Part shown: positions 25,333-34,650 of the stretch, in pieces
Layout: each line of letters opens with the position of its first letter
Position numbering within the stretch: the first letter of the stretch is position 1
NCBI GenBank assembly: GCA_036264355.1
Contig: DATARD010000047.1
Span: 2,763 to 66,762 of the forward strand
Origin: Thermoanaerobaculia bacterium
Lineage (GTDB): Bacteria > Acidobacteriota > Thermoanaerobaculia > Multivoradales > UBA5704
DNA: 64,000 nt
Direction of reading: 5' to 3'
Program-made: the position numbers and the translations under genes
Notes under the pieces: generated by a model
Databases searched by the model: none
Told to the model about the DNA's origin: nothing
The model's input: only the letters and a program-made list of their open reading frames with translations

Positions 25333-25641
25333 ATGGCGTCGTCCCTGATCAAAGACGGCATGACCAAGGCGGAGCTGGTGGAGGAGGTCGCCCGCACCAC
25401 GCAGCTCACCAAGAAGCACGCGGAGATCATCGTCAACACGGTGTTCGACAGCATCGTCAGCTCGCTCAAGGACGGTGAGAAGATCGAGCTGCGCGGTTTC
25501 GGCAGCTTCCGTATCCGCCACCGCGGTGCGCGCACCGGCCGCAATCCGAAGACCGGCGACAAGGTCAAGGTGCCGCCGAAGCGGATTCCGTACTTCAAGC
25601 CGGGCAAGGAGCTGCGGGAGCTCCTCAACGATCAGTGCTGA
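25333..25641 (+). CDS. ihfB: HU/IHF-family DNA-binding protein, probably the integration host factor beta subunit.
   Basis: TKAELVEEVA..., then LRGFGSFRIRHRGARTGRNPKTGDKVKVPPKRIPYFKPGK, the HU/IHF arm. The rpsA-ihfB synteny is classical. Three candidate starts exist (25315 TTG, 25333 ATG, 25360 ATG), so the start is uncertain. Confidence 0.6.
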   Translation: MASSLIKDGMTKAELVEEVARTTQLTKKHAEIIVNTVFDSIVSSLKDGEKIELRGFGSFRIRHRGARTGRNPKTGDKVKVPPKRIPYFKPGKELRELLNDQC

Positions 25642-25668
25642 GCGGCTGGCGCTCTCCGACAGGCCCGG

Positions 25669-26157
25669 ATGGATACACTGTTTACTCCCTGGAGGTACTC
25701 GGACATCACCCAGAGCGTGCCGGATTCCGAGTGTTTCTTCTGCGCCGCCGGGAAGGATCCGGATCATCCGGACGGGCTGGTGGTGCATACCGCCCGGCAT
25801 CACCTGGTGATGCTGAACCTCCATCCCTACTCCAGCGGGCATCTCATGGTGGTCCCCTTCGACCATGTGAGCGATCCGCAGGACAGCCCCGCGGAGGCAC
25901 AGGCGGAGCTCTGGCCGCTGGTCCTCAAAAGCCAGCGGATTCTCACCCGGGCCTACGCGCCGCAGGGCTTCAACCTGGGGATGAACCTGGGCAAGCCGGC
26001 GGGCGCGGGGGTGCCCGGACATTTCCATTTCCACCTGGTGCCGCGATGGGCCGGTGATACCAATTTCATGACCGTGCTGGCGGAGGTCCGTCTGGTTCCC
26101 GAGGACCTGCGCCAGTCCCGCGAGCGCCTGCGGGCGCTCTTTTTGCAGGAGGACTGA
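25669..26157 (+). CDS. HIT-family (histidine triad) nucleotide hydrolase/transferase.
   Basis: The H-x-H-x-H-xx triad is present (GHFHFHLVPRW). It also has the HIT-like N-terminal Cys/His cluster (CFFCAAG). Confidence 0.7.
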   Translation: MDTLFTPWRYSDITQSVPDSECFFCAAGKDPDHPDGLVVHTARHHLVMLNLHPYSSGHLMVVPFDHVSDPQDSPAEAQAELWPLVLKSQRILTRAYAPQGFNLGMNLGKPAGAGVPGHFHFHLVPRWAGDTNFMTVLAEVRLVPEDLRQSRERLRALFLQED

Positions 26158-26571
26158 TTGGCGGATACCGCGAGCAACGAGACCAAGCCGGCGCCGGCTC
26201 TCCCCCGGGTGGGGAATCCGGTGGTGGCGGTGGTCGCCGCTCTTCTCATCCCGGGCCTCGGGCACGTCTATCTGCGGCGCTGGCGCCGCGGCCTGGCGTT
26301 CCTCGTGCTGGTGGCCGTGTCGCTGTGGGTGGGCTGCGCGCTCAAGGGCAATCTCTACCAGCGCGAGCCGAACGATCCGCTGTCCATCCTGGCGACGCTC
26401 GGCGCCATGGGGATGGGCATTTCCTACGTCCTGCTCCGTATGATGGGCTATGCGGGAGACATCCTGTCCGCCGGGTACGAATACGGCACCGCGTTCCTGC
26501 TCACCGCGGGGCTGATGAACTGGCTGCTGGTGCTGGACGCCTGGGACATCTCCCGCGGCAAGAAAGAGTGA
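26158..26571 (+). CDS. TM2-domain-like small membrane protein.
   Basis: The IPGLGHVYLRRWRRGLAFLV motif matches the TM2 GxxGxHxFY(L)G signature. Three or four predicted TM helices. Confidence 0.4.
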   Translation: MADTASNETKPAPALPRVGNPVVAVVAALLIPGLGHVYLRRWRRGLAFLVLVAVSLWVGCALKGNLYQREPNDPLSILATLGAMGMGISYVLLRMMGYAGDILSAGYEYGTAFLLTAGLMNWLLVLDAWDISRGKKE

Positions 26572-26591
26572 CCCTCCAAGGGAAAAAACCA

Positions 26592-26786
26592 ATGCTCAGT
26601 CATTTCTTCCTGATGGTGCTCTACGCCTTCCTGGTGAGTGTCTTTTTCACCCTGCTGTGGCGGCGCCGGCGCCGGGAGCAGGTCAAGCTGTTCCTGCAAC
26701 TGTTCCTCGGCATGGTGGGCGGGGGACTGCTGGTGGCCTGGTTGATGTACCCGTTCCCGCCGGGCCCGCCCGCGCCGATCCCATGA
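26592..26786 (+). CDS. Small hypothetical membrane protein (64 aa, two TM helices).
   Basis: Hydrophobic, with an RRRRR stop-transfer segment. It overlaps the lpxB start by 4 nt. The track's upstream extension (26325) is unlikely. Confidence 0.35.
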   Translation: MLSHFFLMVLYAFLVSVFFTLLWRRRRREQVKLFLQLFLGMVGGGLLVAWLMYPFPPGPPAPIP

Positions 26787-27937
26787 GCCCGCGCTCCCAG
26801 GAGCTCCTGGTCGTGGCCGGCGAGGCGTCGGGCGACCTTCACGGCGCCCGCCTGGTTTCGGAGCTGCACCGCCTGATCCCGGGGCTGTCGGTCTTCGGGC
26901 TCGGCGGCGACGAGCTGCGCGCGGCCGGTCTCGATCCGGTGGCGCACAGCGCCGAGATCTCGGTGGTGGGGATCACCGAGGTGCTGCGCATCCTCAAGCG
27001 GGCGCGCGAGGTGTTCGCTCTGCTCCTCGCCGAGGTGGACCGCCGCCGTCCGGCCGCCGCGGTGCTGATCGATTTTCCGGACTTCAACCTGCGCCTCGCC
27101 AAGGAGCTCAAGAAGCGCGGGGTGCCGGTGGTCTACTACATCAGCCCGCAGGTGTGGGCCTGGCGCCGCGGCCGGGTGAAGACGATCGCGCAGGTGGTCG
27201 ACCGCATGCTGGTGCTCTTCCCGTTCGAGGTCGATTTCTACCGCCGCTTCGGCGTCGACGTCGTGCACGTCGGCCATCCGCTGGTCGACGAGGTGCCGCA
27301 GCTCCCGAGCGCCTGGGAGCGCGGCGAGCCGAGCCGTGAGCCCTACCGCATCTCCCTGCTCCCCGGCTCGCGGGTGAGCGAGGTGGAGGCGTTGCTGCCG
27401 GTGATGCTGCGGGCGGCGGGGAGGCTGGCCGCCGATCTGCCGGTCGAGATCCTCCTGATCCGCGCGCCCACCGTCCCTCTGGAGATGCTGGAAGAAGAGA
27501 TCGAGCTCTCCAATCTGCCGGTGCGCATTGTCGGCGATGCTGCCGAGAACCGATTCGCCGCCATCGCCGACTCCCACCTCGCCCTCTGCGCCTCGGGCAC
27601 CGCGACCCTGGAGGTCGGGCTGCTCGGCACGCCGATGGTGATGCTCTACCGCCTGGGCCGCTGGACCTATCTGGTCGCCAAGCTCCTGGTGCATCTCCCC
27701 TATGTCAGCCTGGTGAACCTGGTGCTCGGGCGCAAGGTGGTGCCGGAACTGGTCCAGGGCGCCGCGAGCCCCGAGCGGATCGCGCTCGAAGCCGAGCAGA
27801 TCCTGCTCGACGAGCGGGAGCGCGACGCCATGCGGGAGGCGCTGGCCGAGGTGCGCGGCCGGCTGGGCAGCGGCGGCGCCAGCCGGCGGGCCGCCTGCGC
27901 AGTGGCGGAGCTGCTGCGCGGCGAGGCGGCGGCGTGA
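26783..27937 (+). CDS. lpxB: Lipid-A-disaccharide synthase.
   Basis: LLVVAGEASGDLHGARLVSEL, IDFPDFNLRLAKELKK and YYISPQVWAWRRGRVKTI match the LpxB (GT19) hallmark segments. Confidence 0.88.
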   Translation: MSPRSQELLVVAGEASGDLHGARLVSELHRLIPGLSVFGLGGDELRAAGLDPVAHSAEISVVGITEVLRILKRAREVFALLLAEVDRRRPAAAVLIDFPDFNLRLAKELKKRGVPVVYYISPQVWAWRRGRVKTIAQVVDRMLVLFPFEVDFYRRFGVDVVHVGHPLVDEVPQLPSAWERGEPSREPYRISLLPGSRVSEVEALLPVMLRAAGRLAADLPVEILLIRAPTVPLEMLEEEIELSNLPVRIVGDAAENRFAAIADSHLALCASGTATLEVGLLGTPMVMLYRLGRWTYLVAKLLVHLPYVSLVNLVLGRKVVPELVQGAASPERIALEAEQILLDERERDAMREALAEVRGRLGSGGASRRAACAVAELLRGEAAA

Positions 27938-29829
27938 GCACGGGCCTGACCACGTTCTTCTGGCGCTATATGCGGAGGTACGCCGGCTGGGCGATCCTGG
28001 CGACGGCGGGCATCCTCGTCTATGCCGCCGCCACCGCCGCGACGCTCTACCTGATCAAGCCGATCTTCGGCGAGGTCCTCCTCTCCGATCAGACGCCGAG
28101 CATGCTCGGCGGCTTCGGGGTCACCCCCGCAGCGGCGCAGAAAGCGAAGCCGGCGGCTCTCCCGGAGACCGGCGCCCTGGCGGCGGTCAAGCGGCGCCTC
28201 GACCTGGCGGGCTCGATCGACCGCGGCTACGAATCGTTGAAACGGCACCTCGGCGTCGATCGCGACAACGTGGTCTACTTCGTGCCGTTCCTCTTCGTGG
28301 TGGTGTTCATCCTCCGCTGCCTGGCCGATTTCGTCTCCGGCTATGCCTTCCAGCACATCGGCCTCGGCGTCACCACCGACATCCGCAACGACCTCTACCG
28401 CCACATCCTCGACCAGTCCAGCCGTTTCCATGCGCAACACCCATCGGGAGAGCTGGTGGCGCGGGTGATCAACGACGTGGCGTTGATGCAGAACGCCGTG
28501 GCGAACCGGCTGCTCGACCTGTTCCAGCAGTCGATCACCCTGCTCGTGCTGCTGCTCCTGCTGCTGTCGACCAACTTCAAGCTGGCGGTCATCTCGCTGG
28601 TGCTGGCGCCGGTGCTGGTCTATCCGATCGTCCGCTTTGGCAAGGGGATGCGGCGTACCAGCCACCGCAGCCAGGAGCGGATGGCGGACCTGGCGAGCCT
28701 GATGACCGAGGGCATCCGCGGCCACCGGGTGGTCAAGGCGTTCGGCATGGAGGAGTTCGAGCTGACCCGCTTCGGCGACGCCACGCGGCGCCACCTGCGG
28801 GTCAACCTGTGGGCGCAGATGCTGGCCAACGCGGCCGGTCCGGTGGTCGAGTCGCTGGCGGTGATCGGCGCCGCGGCGCTGCTCATCTTCGCCGGCAAGT
28901 CGATCCGCGCGGGCGACTTGAACGTGCCGGCGCTGATGCAGTTCCTGACCACGCTGCTGACCATGTACGACCCGATCCGCAAGCTGAACAAAGTCAATCT
29001 GATCCTGCAGGAGGCCATGGCCGCGGGCCAGCGGGTGTCGCGCCTGATCAACGCGCCGAACGACATCGACGAGCGGCCCGGGGCGGGGACGCTCGACGGG
29101 GTGCGGGAGCGCATCTCCTACGAGCGGGTGGGCTTCGGCTACGACGACCGCCAGGTGCTGCGCGAGGTGGAGCTGACCATCCGCGCCGGGGAGATCGTGG
29201 CGGTGGTGGGGCCGTCGGGGGCCGGCAAATCGACCCTGGTCAACCTGTTGCCGCGCTTCTTCGATCCCGACTCCGGGCGCATCACGATCGACGGCGTGGA
29301 CATCCGCGACCTGACGCTCAAGAGCCTGCGCGCGCTGATCGGTATCGTCACCCAGGACACGGTGCTGTTCAACGACACGGTGCGCAACAACATCGCCTAC
29401 GGCCGCTCGGACCTCCCCTTCGAGCGGGTGCGCGAGGCCGCGGCGGCGGCCTACGCGGACGAGTTCATCATGGAGCTGCCGCACGGCTACGACACGGTGA
29501 TTGGCGAGTCGGGGCTGCGCCTCTCCGGCGGCCAGCGGCAGCGCCTGGCGATCGCCCGCGCCCTGCTCAAGAACGCGCCCATCCTGATCCTCGACGAGGC
29601 GACCTCGCACCTCGACACGCATTCGGAGGCGCTGGTCCAGAAGGCGCTCTACAATCTGATGCAGGGCCGCTCGACACTGGTCATTGCGCACCGTCTGTCG
29701 ACCATCGTCAAGGCCGACCGCATCCTGGTGATGGACAGCGGCCGCATCGTAGAGGAGGGGTCGCACAAGCAGCTCCTCGCTCTCGGCGGCTCCTACAAGA
29801 GGCTCTACGATCTCCAGTTCCGTGCCTGA
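27934..29829 (+). CDS. msbA: MsbA-like lipid A/lipid export ABC transporter (fused TMD-NBD).
   Basis: Six TM helices, then Walker A GPSGAGKST, signature LSGGQRQRLAIARALLKNAP and Walker B ILILDEATSHLD. It overlaps lpxB by 4 nt (ATGA). Function is inferred from the lpxB context. Confidence 0.75.
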   Translation: MSTGLTTFFWRYMRRYAGWAILATAGILVYAAATAATLYLIKPIFGEVLLSDQTPSMLGGFGVTPAAAQKAKPAALPETGALAAVKRRLDLAGSIDRGYESLKRHLGVDRDNVVYFVPFLFVVVFILRCLADFVSGYAFQHIGLGVTTDIRNDLYRHILDQSSRFHAQHPSGELVARVINDVALMQNAVANRLLDLFQQSITLLVLLLLLLSTNFKLAVISLVLAPVLVYPIVRFGKGMRRTSHRSQERMADLASLMTEGIRGHRVVKAFGMEEFELTRFGDATRRHLRVNLWAQMLANAAGPVVESLAVIGAAALLIFAGKSIRAGDLNVPALMQFLTTLLTMYDPIRKLNKVNLILQEAMAAGQRVSRLINAPNDIDERPGAGTLDGVRERISYERVGFGYDDRQVLREVELTIRAGEIVAVVGPSGAGKSTLVNLLPRFFDPDSGRITIDGVDIRDLTLKSLRALIGIVTQDTVLFNDTVRNNIAYGRSDLPFERVREAAAAAYADEFIMELPHGYDTVIGESGLRLSGGQRQRLAIARALLKNAPILILDEATSHLDTHSEALVQKALYNLMQGRSTLVIAHRLSTIVKADRILVMDSGRIVEEGSHKQLLALGGSYKRLYDLQFRA

Positions 29830-30469
29830 GCCCGCCGGCCGCACCGCGGTCCTCTCGTTCCTTGCCGCGGGCTTCATCCGCGCCTTGCGCGCCACGGTCC
29901 GCCTGCGGCATCACGGCGATGCCGCGGTCCGCGCCATGGAGACGCGCGGCGAGCATTTCATCCTCGCCTTCTGGCACCGGCATCTGTTGCTGATGCCGTA
30001 CGCCTACCGCGGCCGGCGTATCTCCGTCCTGGTGAGCCAGAGCCGGGACGGCGAGCTGATCGCGCGCACCGTGGCCCGTTTCGGCATCGACGCCAGCCGC
30101 GGCTCGAGCAGCCGCGGCGGCGCCCAGGGGATGCGGTCGCTGTTGCGCAAGGCCGCGGAGGGGTACGACCTGGCGTTTACGCCGGACGGCCCGCGCGGCC
30201 CGGCGGAGGTCGTGCAGCCGGGGGTGATCCTGGCCGCCGCGGCGACCGGCTGGCCGGTGCAGCCGGTGGCCCTGGCCGCCACGCGCTGCAAGCGCCTGCG
30301 GTCGTGGGACCGGTTCGTCGTCCCGTTCCCCCTCTCTACGGTGCACTTCGTGTATGGAGAGCCGCTCACGGTGGCGCGCCGGACCGACCCCGCGGAGGGG
30401 GCGGCGGCGCTGGCCGGGCGGCTCGCGGCGGCGGAGACCGAGGCGGAGCGTCTTGCCGGGAATCGTTGA
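29822..30469 (+). CDS. DUF374-family lysophospholipid acyltransferase-like protein.
   Basis: GEHFILAFWHRHLLLMPYAYRG and the family length (~215 aa). It is a typical neighbour of lpxB/msbA/kdtA. It overlaps the msbA stop. Confidence 0.7.
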   Translation: MPEPAGRTAVLSFLAAGFIRALRATVRLRHHGDAAVRAMETRGEHFILAFWHRHLLLMPYAYRGRRISVLVSQSRDGELIARTVARFGIDASRGSSSRGGAQGMRSLLRKAAEGYDLAFTPDGPRGPAEVVQPGVILAAAATGWPVQPVALAATRCKRLRSWDRFVVPFPLSTVHFVYGEPLTVARRTDPAEGAAALAGRLAAAETEAERLAGNR

Positions 30470-30481
30470 AAGGACAAGCGT

Positions 30482-31360
30482 ATGCGCAGCATGACGGGAT
30501 ATGGAGAGGCCGCGGGCGAAAACGCTCGCTATGCGGTATCGGTGAGCCTCAAGGCGGTGAACCACCGTTTCCTCGACTTGCAGATCCGGCTCAGCGACGA
30601 GCTGCGGGCGAGCGAGGGGCCGCTGCGCGACCTCCTCGGCCGCGAGATCGGGCGCGGCCGGGTCGAGGCGCGGGTGGACGTCCGGCCGCTGGTCGACCGG
30701 GAGGCGTCGGTGCGCGTGCATCTGGGCATCGTGCGCGCCGCGCATACGGCGGTGCGCCAGCTCGTGGAGGCGGGCCTGGTGGAGAGCGGCCTGGCGGCGG
30801 GGGACCTCCTCCGCCTGCCCGAGGCGTTCCGGGTCGAGCTGCCGGCGGATAGCTGGGACGAGGAGGACGCCGACCTGCTCCTGCGCGTCGCCCAGAAAGC
30901 GGCGGCACAACTGGTGGCGGGGCGCGAGACCGAAGGAGCGAGCCTGGCGGCGATCCTCGACGAGCGGGTGCGCGGCCTGGAGGAAGTCGTCACGCGTCTC
31001 GACGCCCTGCGCGGCGGCGTCCGCGAAGAGCTGGCCGCCTCGCTGCGCCGCCGCCTCGAGGAGCTGCTGGGCAGTCAGGCCATCGACCCCGGCCGCCTCG
31101 CCCAGGAGGTGGCCCTCCTGGTGGACCGCAGCGACGTGAGCGAAGAGATCGACCGCCTGCGCTCGCACCTGGAGCACTTCCGCGGCGTCACGCGCGAAAC
31201 TGTCCCCACCGGCAAGCGCCTCGACTTCCTGGCCAAGGAGATCTTCCGCGAGCTCAACACCCTGGGCTCGAAGTGCCGCAACGCGGAGATGACCCGCGGC
31301 GTCCTCGACGGCAAGGTGCTCTGCGAGCAGCTCCGCGAGCAGGTGCAGAACGTGGAGTAG
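30482..31360 (+). CDS. yicC: YicC/YloC-family protein.
   Basis: N-terminal MRSMTGYGEA, a C-terminal coiled coil and DUF1732-like region (EEIDRLRSHLEHF), about 292 aa. Confidence 0.8.
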   Translation: MRSMTGYGEAAGENARYAVSVSLKAVNHRFLDLQIRLSDELRASEGPLRDLLGREIGRGRVEARVDVRPLVDREASVRVHLGIVRAAHTAVRQLVEAGLVESGLAAGDLLRLPEAFRVELPADSWDEEDADLLLRVAQKAAAQLVAGRETEGASLAAILDERVRGLEEVVTRLDALRGGVREELAASLRRRLEELLGSQAIDPGRLAQEVALLVDRSDVSEEIDRLRSHLEHFRGVTRETVPTGKRLDFLAKEIFRELNTLGSKCRNAEMTRGVLDGKVLCEQLREQVQNVE

Positions 31361-31386
31361 GGGGGCCGTCCGTGGCCTCCGCGCCC

Positions 31387-31498
31387 CGGGTTGAAACCCT
31401 GGGCTACGTGCCTGCGCCCACGGGCGCCTCCCCCGACCCGCCGGGTGGGTGGTGGTGTCGCCAGGAGGGCGAAGGCACATAGCCCAGGGTTTTAACCC
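31387..31498. repeat. Structured inverted-repeat element: 25-bp arms (gggttgaaaccctgggctacgtgcc / ggcacatagcccagggttttaaccc) 62 nt apart, with internal hairpins.
   Basis: Near-perfect inverted arms. Each arm is itself palindromic (ccaggg..ccctgg), and a central hairpin gcgccc-ac-gggcgc lies between them. The element sits in the 237-bp gap between yicC and gmk. Confidence 0.5.
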
Positions 31499-31597
31499 TG
31501 GGTGGGGTGGAGCGCCTTTGACTTTGACAGCCCGGTGACGCCTTTGTGATACTCTCCGCCGCGGCAGTCCCCCCTGACACTTCCCGGGAGTCCGTGC

Positions 31598-32266
31598 ATG
31601 CAACGTGGTGAGCTGTTCATCCTGTCCGCGCCGTCGGGAGCGGGCAAGACCACCCTCATCCAGAGCCTCATCAAGCGGGGCAAAGCCGATCTCGGCGGCT
31701 TCGGAGGCCTGGCCTTCTCGGTCAGCCACACCACCCGTTCCCCGCGCCAGGGAGAGACCGACGGCAAGGACTACCACTTCGTCGCCCCCGCGGCGTTCCA
31801 GACGATGATCGCCGAAGACCGGTTCCTCGAATGGGCCGAGGTGCATGGCAACTTCTATGGCACGTCCTACGACGAGGTCATGCCCCGCGTGGAGGCCGGC
31901 ACCGACGTCCTGCTCGACATCGACGTCCAAGGCGCCGAACGGGTGATGGCGCGCTACCCGCAGGCGCACAGCATCTTCATCATGCCGCCCAGCTACGAAG
32001 CGCTGGAGGAGCGCCTGCGTGGGCGCGGCCTCGACCGACCCGAGCAGATCGCCCGCCGCCTCGCGGTATCCATCGGCGAGATCAGCCGTTACGAACGGTA
32101 TCATTATGTTATCATCAATGACGACGCGGACCGGGCGTGCGAGGCGTTGGCGGCGATCATCCTGGAGAAGCGTTACCGGCAGGAGCGCATGCTCGGCCGG
32201 GTGCAGGAAATCCTCAGGAATTTTCCGGACCGGGGCGCATTGCCACCCAGTTCTAGAGTCACGTAG
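31598..32266 (+). CDS. gmk: Guanylate kinase.
   Basis: P-loop SAPSGAGKTT, SVSHTTRSPRQGETDGKDYHFV and a conserved C-terminal half. Confidence 0.9.
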   Translation: MQRGELFILSAPSGAGKTTLIQSLIKRGKADLGGFGGLAFSVSHTTRSPRQGETDGKDYHFVAPAAFQTMIAEDRFLEWAEVHGNFYGTSYDEVMPRVEAGTDVLLDIDVQGAERVMARYPQAHSIFIMPPSYEALEERLRGRGLDRPEQIARRLAVSIGEISRYERYHYVIINDDADRACEALAAIILEKRYRQERMLGRVQEILRNFPDRGALPPSSRVT

Positions 32267-32319
32267 AGTCACCCCATTGGGCGTCGCAGGGCTCGCGCCG
32301 CCAAGGAGAACGTTCGACC

Positions 32320-32562
32320 ATGGATGAGAAGCGTATCGTCGACAGCAAGTTCCGCTTCGTGCTGGTGGCATCCCACCGGGCGGAGCAGTTGATGCGTGGC
32401 GCCCGCCCGAAGGTGGAGGCCGGCAAGCGCAAGCCGACCCGGATCGCCATGGAAGAGGTCAACCACAGCCTGGTGGACTGGGGCTATGGTCCGCCGCCCG
32501 AGGAGACGCCGGCGCAAGAAGGCGAAGAGCAGGCGGCCGGCGCCGCCTCCGAAGTCCACTGA
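32320..32562 (+). CDS. rpoZ: DNA-directed RNA polymerase omega subunit.
   Basis: DSKFRFVLVASHRAEQLMRGARP. The gmk-rpoZ synteny fits. 80 aa. Confidence 0.85.
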   Translation: MDEKRIVDSKFRFVLVASHRAEQLMRGARPKVEAGKRKPTRIAMEEVNHSLVDWGYGPPPEETPAQEGEEQAAGAASEVH

Positions 32563-32603
32563 ATCACAACGCGCGCAACGTTTCACGCTCCTCAAGACAA
32601 CGC

Positions 32604-33848
32604 ATGAGTCGCAGCCTGCGCGTCCTGCTCGGCGTCACCGGCGGCATCGCCGCGTACAAGTCGGCGGAGATGGTGCGCCGGCTGCGCAGCCGTGGCCATC
32701 GGGTCCGTTGCGCGCTGACCCGCGGTGCCACTGCGTTCGTGACGCCGCTGACCCTGGAGGTGCTCTCCGGCCATCCCGTCTGGCAGGAGGAGTACCTCAC
32801 CGCCTCCGTTGACTCCGCTGGCTCCGACGGTGGCGAGGAGGAGCACATCACCGCCGCCGCGTGGGCGGAGGTGCTCTGCGTGGCGCCGGCGACGGCCCAT
32901 ACCCTGGCGCGTCTCGCCCTCGGGCTCGCCGACGACTTCCTCACCACGACCGCCCTCGCGTTCACCGGTCCCGTGGTCGTCGCTCCGGCCATGCACACCG
33001 CCATGTGGGAGAAGGCCGCGATCCAGCAGCACGTCGAGACGCTGCGGGCGCGCGGCGTCTGGCTGGCCGGTCCGGTGGAAGGGCCTCTCGCCTCTGGCGA
33101 AACGGGAATGGGACGGATGGCCGATCCGGAAGCGATCGTGGCGGCGGTCGAGGGAGCGGCGGGAGCCGGTCCGCTCGCCGGGCTCTCCGTCCTGGTCACC
33201 GCCGGCCCCACGTTCGAGCCGATCGACCCTGTCCGTTTCCTCGGCAACCGCTCCAGCGGCCGGATGGGATTCTCGCTGGCCGCCGCGGCGGCGCGCCGCG
33301 GCGGCCGGGTGGTGCTCATCTCCGGGCCGGTCCATCTGCCGACCCCGCCCGGCGTCGAACGGATCGATGTCACCACGGCGCGAGAGATGGAGCAGGCCGT
33401 CCAGGCCCGCGCGGGAGAGGCCGATCTGGTGATCATGACCGCCGCCGTCGCCGATTTCCGGCCGCTCCATCCGGCTCCCGCCAAGATCAAGAAAGAGCGC
33501 GGCTTGCCGGTCATCGAGCTGGGGCTCAACCCGGACATCCTGGGCGGCCTCCGGGCCGCGGCGCCGCGCGCGGTGACGGTGGGCTTCGCGGCGGAGACCG
33601 AAGACCTGGAGCAGAACGCCCGCGCCAAGCTGGAGCGCAAGGGGGTCGACTTCCTGGTCGCCAACGACGTGTCGCGCAAGGACATCGCCTTCGACAGCCT
33701 GGCCAACGAGGTGACCGTCTTCCGCCGCGACGGCGAGCCTGTCTTCTTCCCGCGGCGCCCGAAGTCGGAGCTGGCGGGGGCGCTCCTGGACCTGTTCGCG
33801 GTTACACTGACTGAGCGTGCGACGTCCCCTGACACCAGCCCTCGCTGA
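32604..33848 (+). CDS. coaBC: Bifunctional phosphopantothenoylcysteine decarboxylase / phosphopantothenate-cysteine ligase.
   Basis: The flavoprotein N-terminal domain (LLGVTGGIAAYKSAEMVRRL) is followed by the CoaB domain (LVTAGPTFEPIDPVRFLGNRSSGRMG). 414 aa. Confidence 0.9.
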   Translation: MSRSLRVLLGVTGGIAAYKSAEMVRRLRSRGHRVRCALTRGATAFVTPLTLEVLSGHPVWQEEYLTASVDSAGSDGGEEEHITAAAWAEVLCVAPATAHTLARLALGLADDFLTTTALAFTGPVVVAPAMHTAMWEKAAIQQHVETLRARGVWLAGPVEGPLASGETGMGRMADPEAIVAAVEGAAGAGPLAGLSVLVTAGPTFEPIDPVRFLGNRSSGRMGFSLAAAAARRGGRVVLISGPVHLPTPPGVERIDVTTAREMEQAVQARAGEADLVIMTAAVADFRPLHPAPAKIKKERGLPVIELGLNPDILGGLRAAAPRAVTVGFAAETEDLEQNARAKLERKGVDFLVANDVSRKDIAFDSLANEVTVFRRDGEPVFFPRRPKSELAGALLDLFAVTLTERATSPDTSPR

Positions 33849-34560
33849 GCTGCTCGCCTATCTCGGCGAGATCGGCTATGGCGATATCTACGTGCGTGCC
33901 GCCGCGCACGCGGCGCCGGATCTGGTCGTTCCCGCCGCGCCGTCCCCCGTCCAGCCAGTCCAGCCTGTCCAGCGGGCGTCCGCCAAGACGCCGGACGCCG
34001 AGGAACGGGCGGCGCAACTCGCCGCGCTCGCCGCGACGGTGGCGGGCTGCACCCGCTGCCGGCTCTCCGAAGGGCGCAACAAGGTCGTCTTCGGCAGCGG
34101 CAATCCGAACGCCGAGCTGATGCTGATCGGCGAAGGGCCCGGGGCCGAAGAGGACCGCCAGGGTCTCCCCTTCGTCGGGCCGGCCGGCGAGCTGCTGACC
34201 AAGATCATCCAGGCCATCGACCTGCAGCGCGACGACATCTATATCGCCAACGTGGTCAAGTGCCGCCCCCCGGGCAACCGCGATCCGCAGCCCGACGAGG
34301 TCGCGGCCTGCCGTGGTTTCCTCGAAAAGCAGATCGCCCTCGTCCAGCCGCGGGTGATTGTGGCCCTGGGAAAAGTCGCCGCCCAGACCCTGCTCGGCAA
34401 CGAGAGCCCGATCGGCCAGATGCGTGGCCGCTGGTACCGTATCCACGGGGTGCCGGCCATGGTGACCTATCATCCGGCCGCCCTGTTGCGCAACCAGGCG
34501 CTGAAACGCCCCACCTGGGAAGACATGCAGCAGGTGCGCGATCGCTTGCGCAGCGGTTGA
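33817..34560 (+). CDS. Uracil-DNA glycosylase, family 4.
   Basis: GCTRCRL, LMLIGEGPGAEEDRQGLPFVGPAGELL and VVKCRPPGNRDP match UDG family 4 (4Fe-4S type). It overlaps the coaBC end by 32 nt. Confidence 0.8.
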   Translation: MRRPLTPALAELLAYLGEIGYGDIYVRAAAHAAPDLVVPAAPSPVQPVQPVQRASAKTPDAEERAAQLAALAATVAGCTRCRLSEGRNKVVFGSGNPNAELMLIGEGPGAEEDRQGLPFVGPAGELLTKIIQAIDLQRDDIYIANVVKCRPPGNRDPQPDEVAACRGFLEKQIALVQPRVIVALGKVAAQTLLGNESPIGQMRGRWYRIHGVPAMVTYHPAALLRNQALKRPTWEDMQQVRDRLRSG

Positions 34561-34650
34561 TGACGCATTGCGGTCCAGCGCGAAGAAGCTGGACAGTCCC
34601 GACATTCGGTGCTAACTTTGACTTAGAATCCAATGTTTTTTGGTCGTTGA

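Noticed and set aside
23737-26592. 951-aa minus ORF
   Set aside because: Antisense across rpsA, the IHF-like gene, HIT and TM2 genes, all of which have strong sense-strand homology.
26621-32371. Minus ORFs 26621..27694, 27700..29895 and 29708..32371
   Set aside because: Antisense shadows of lpxB, msbA, DUF374, yicC and gmk.
32564-33835. 423-aa minus ORF
   Set aside because: Antisense to coaBC.
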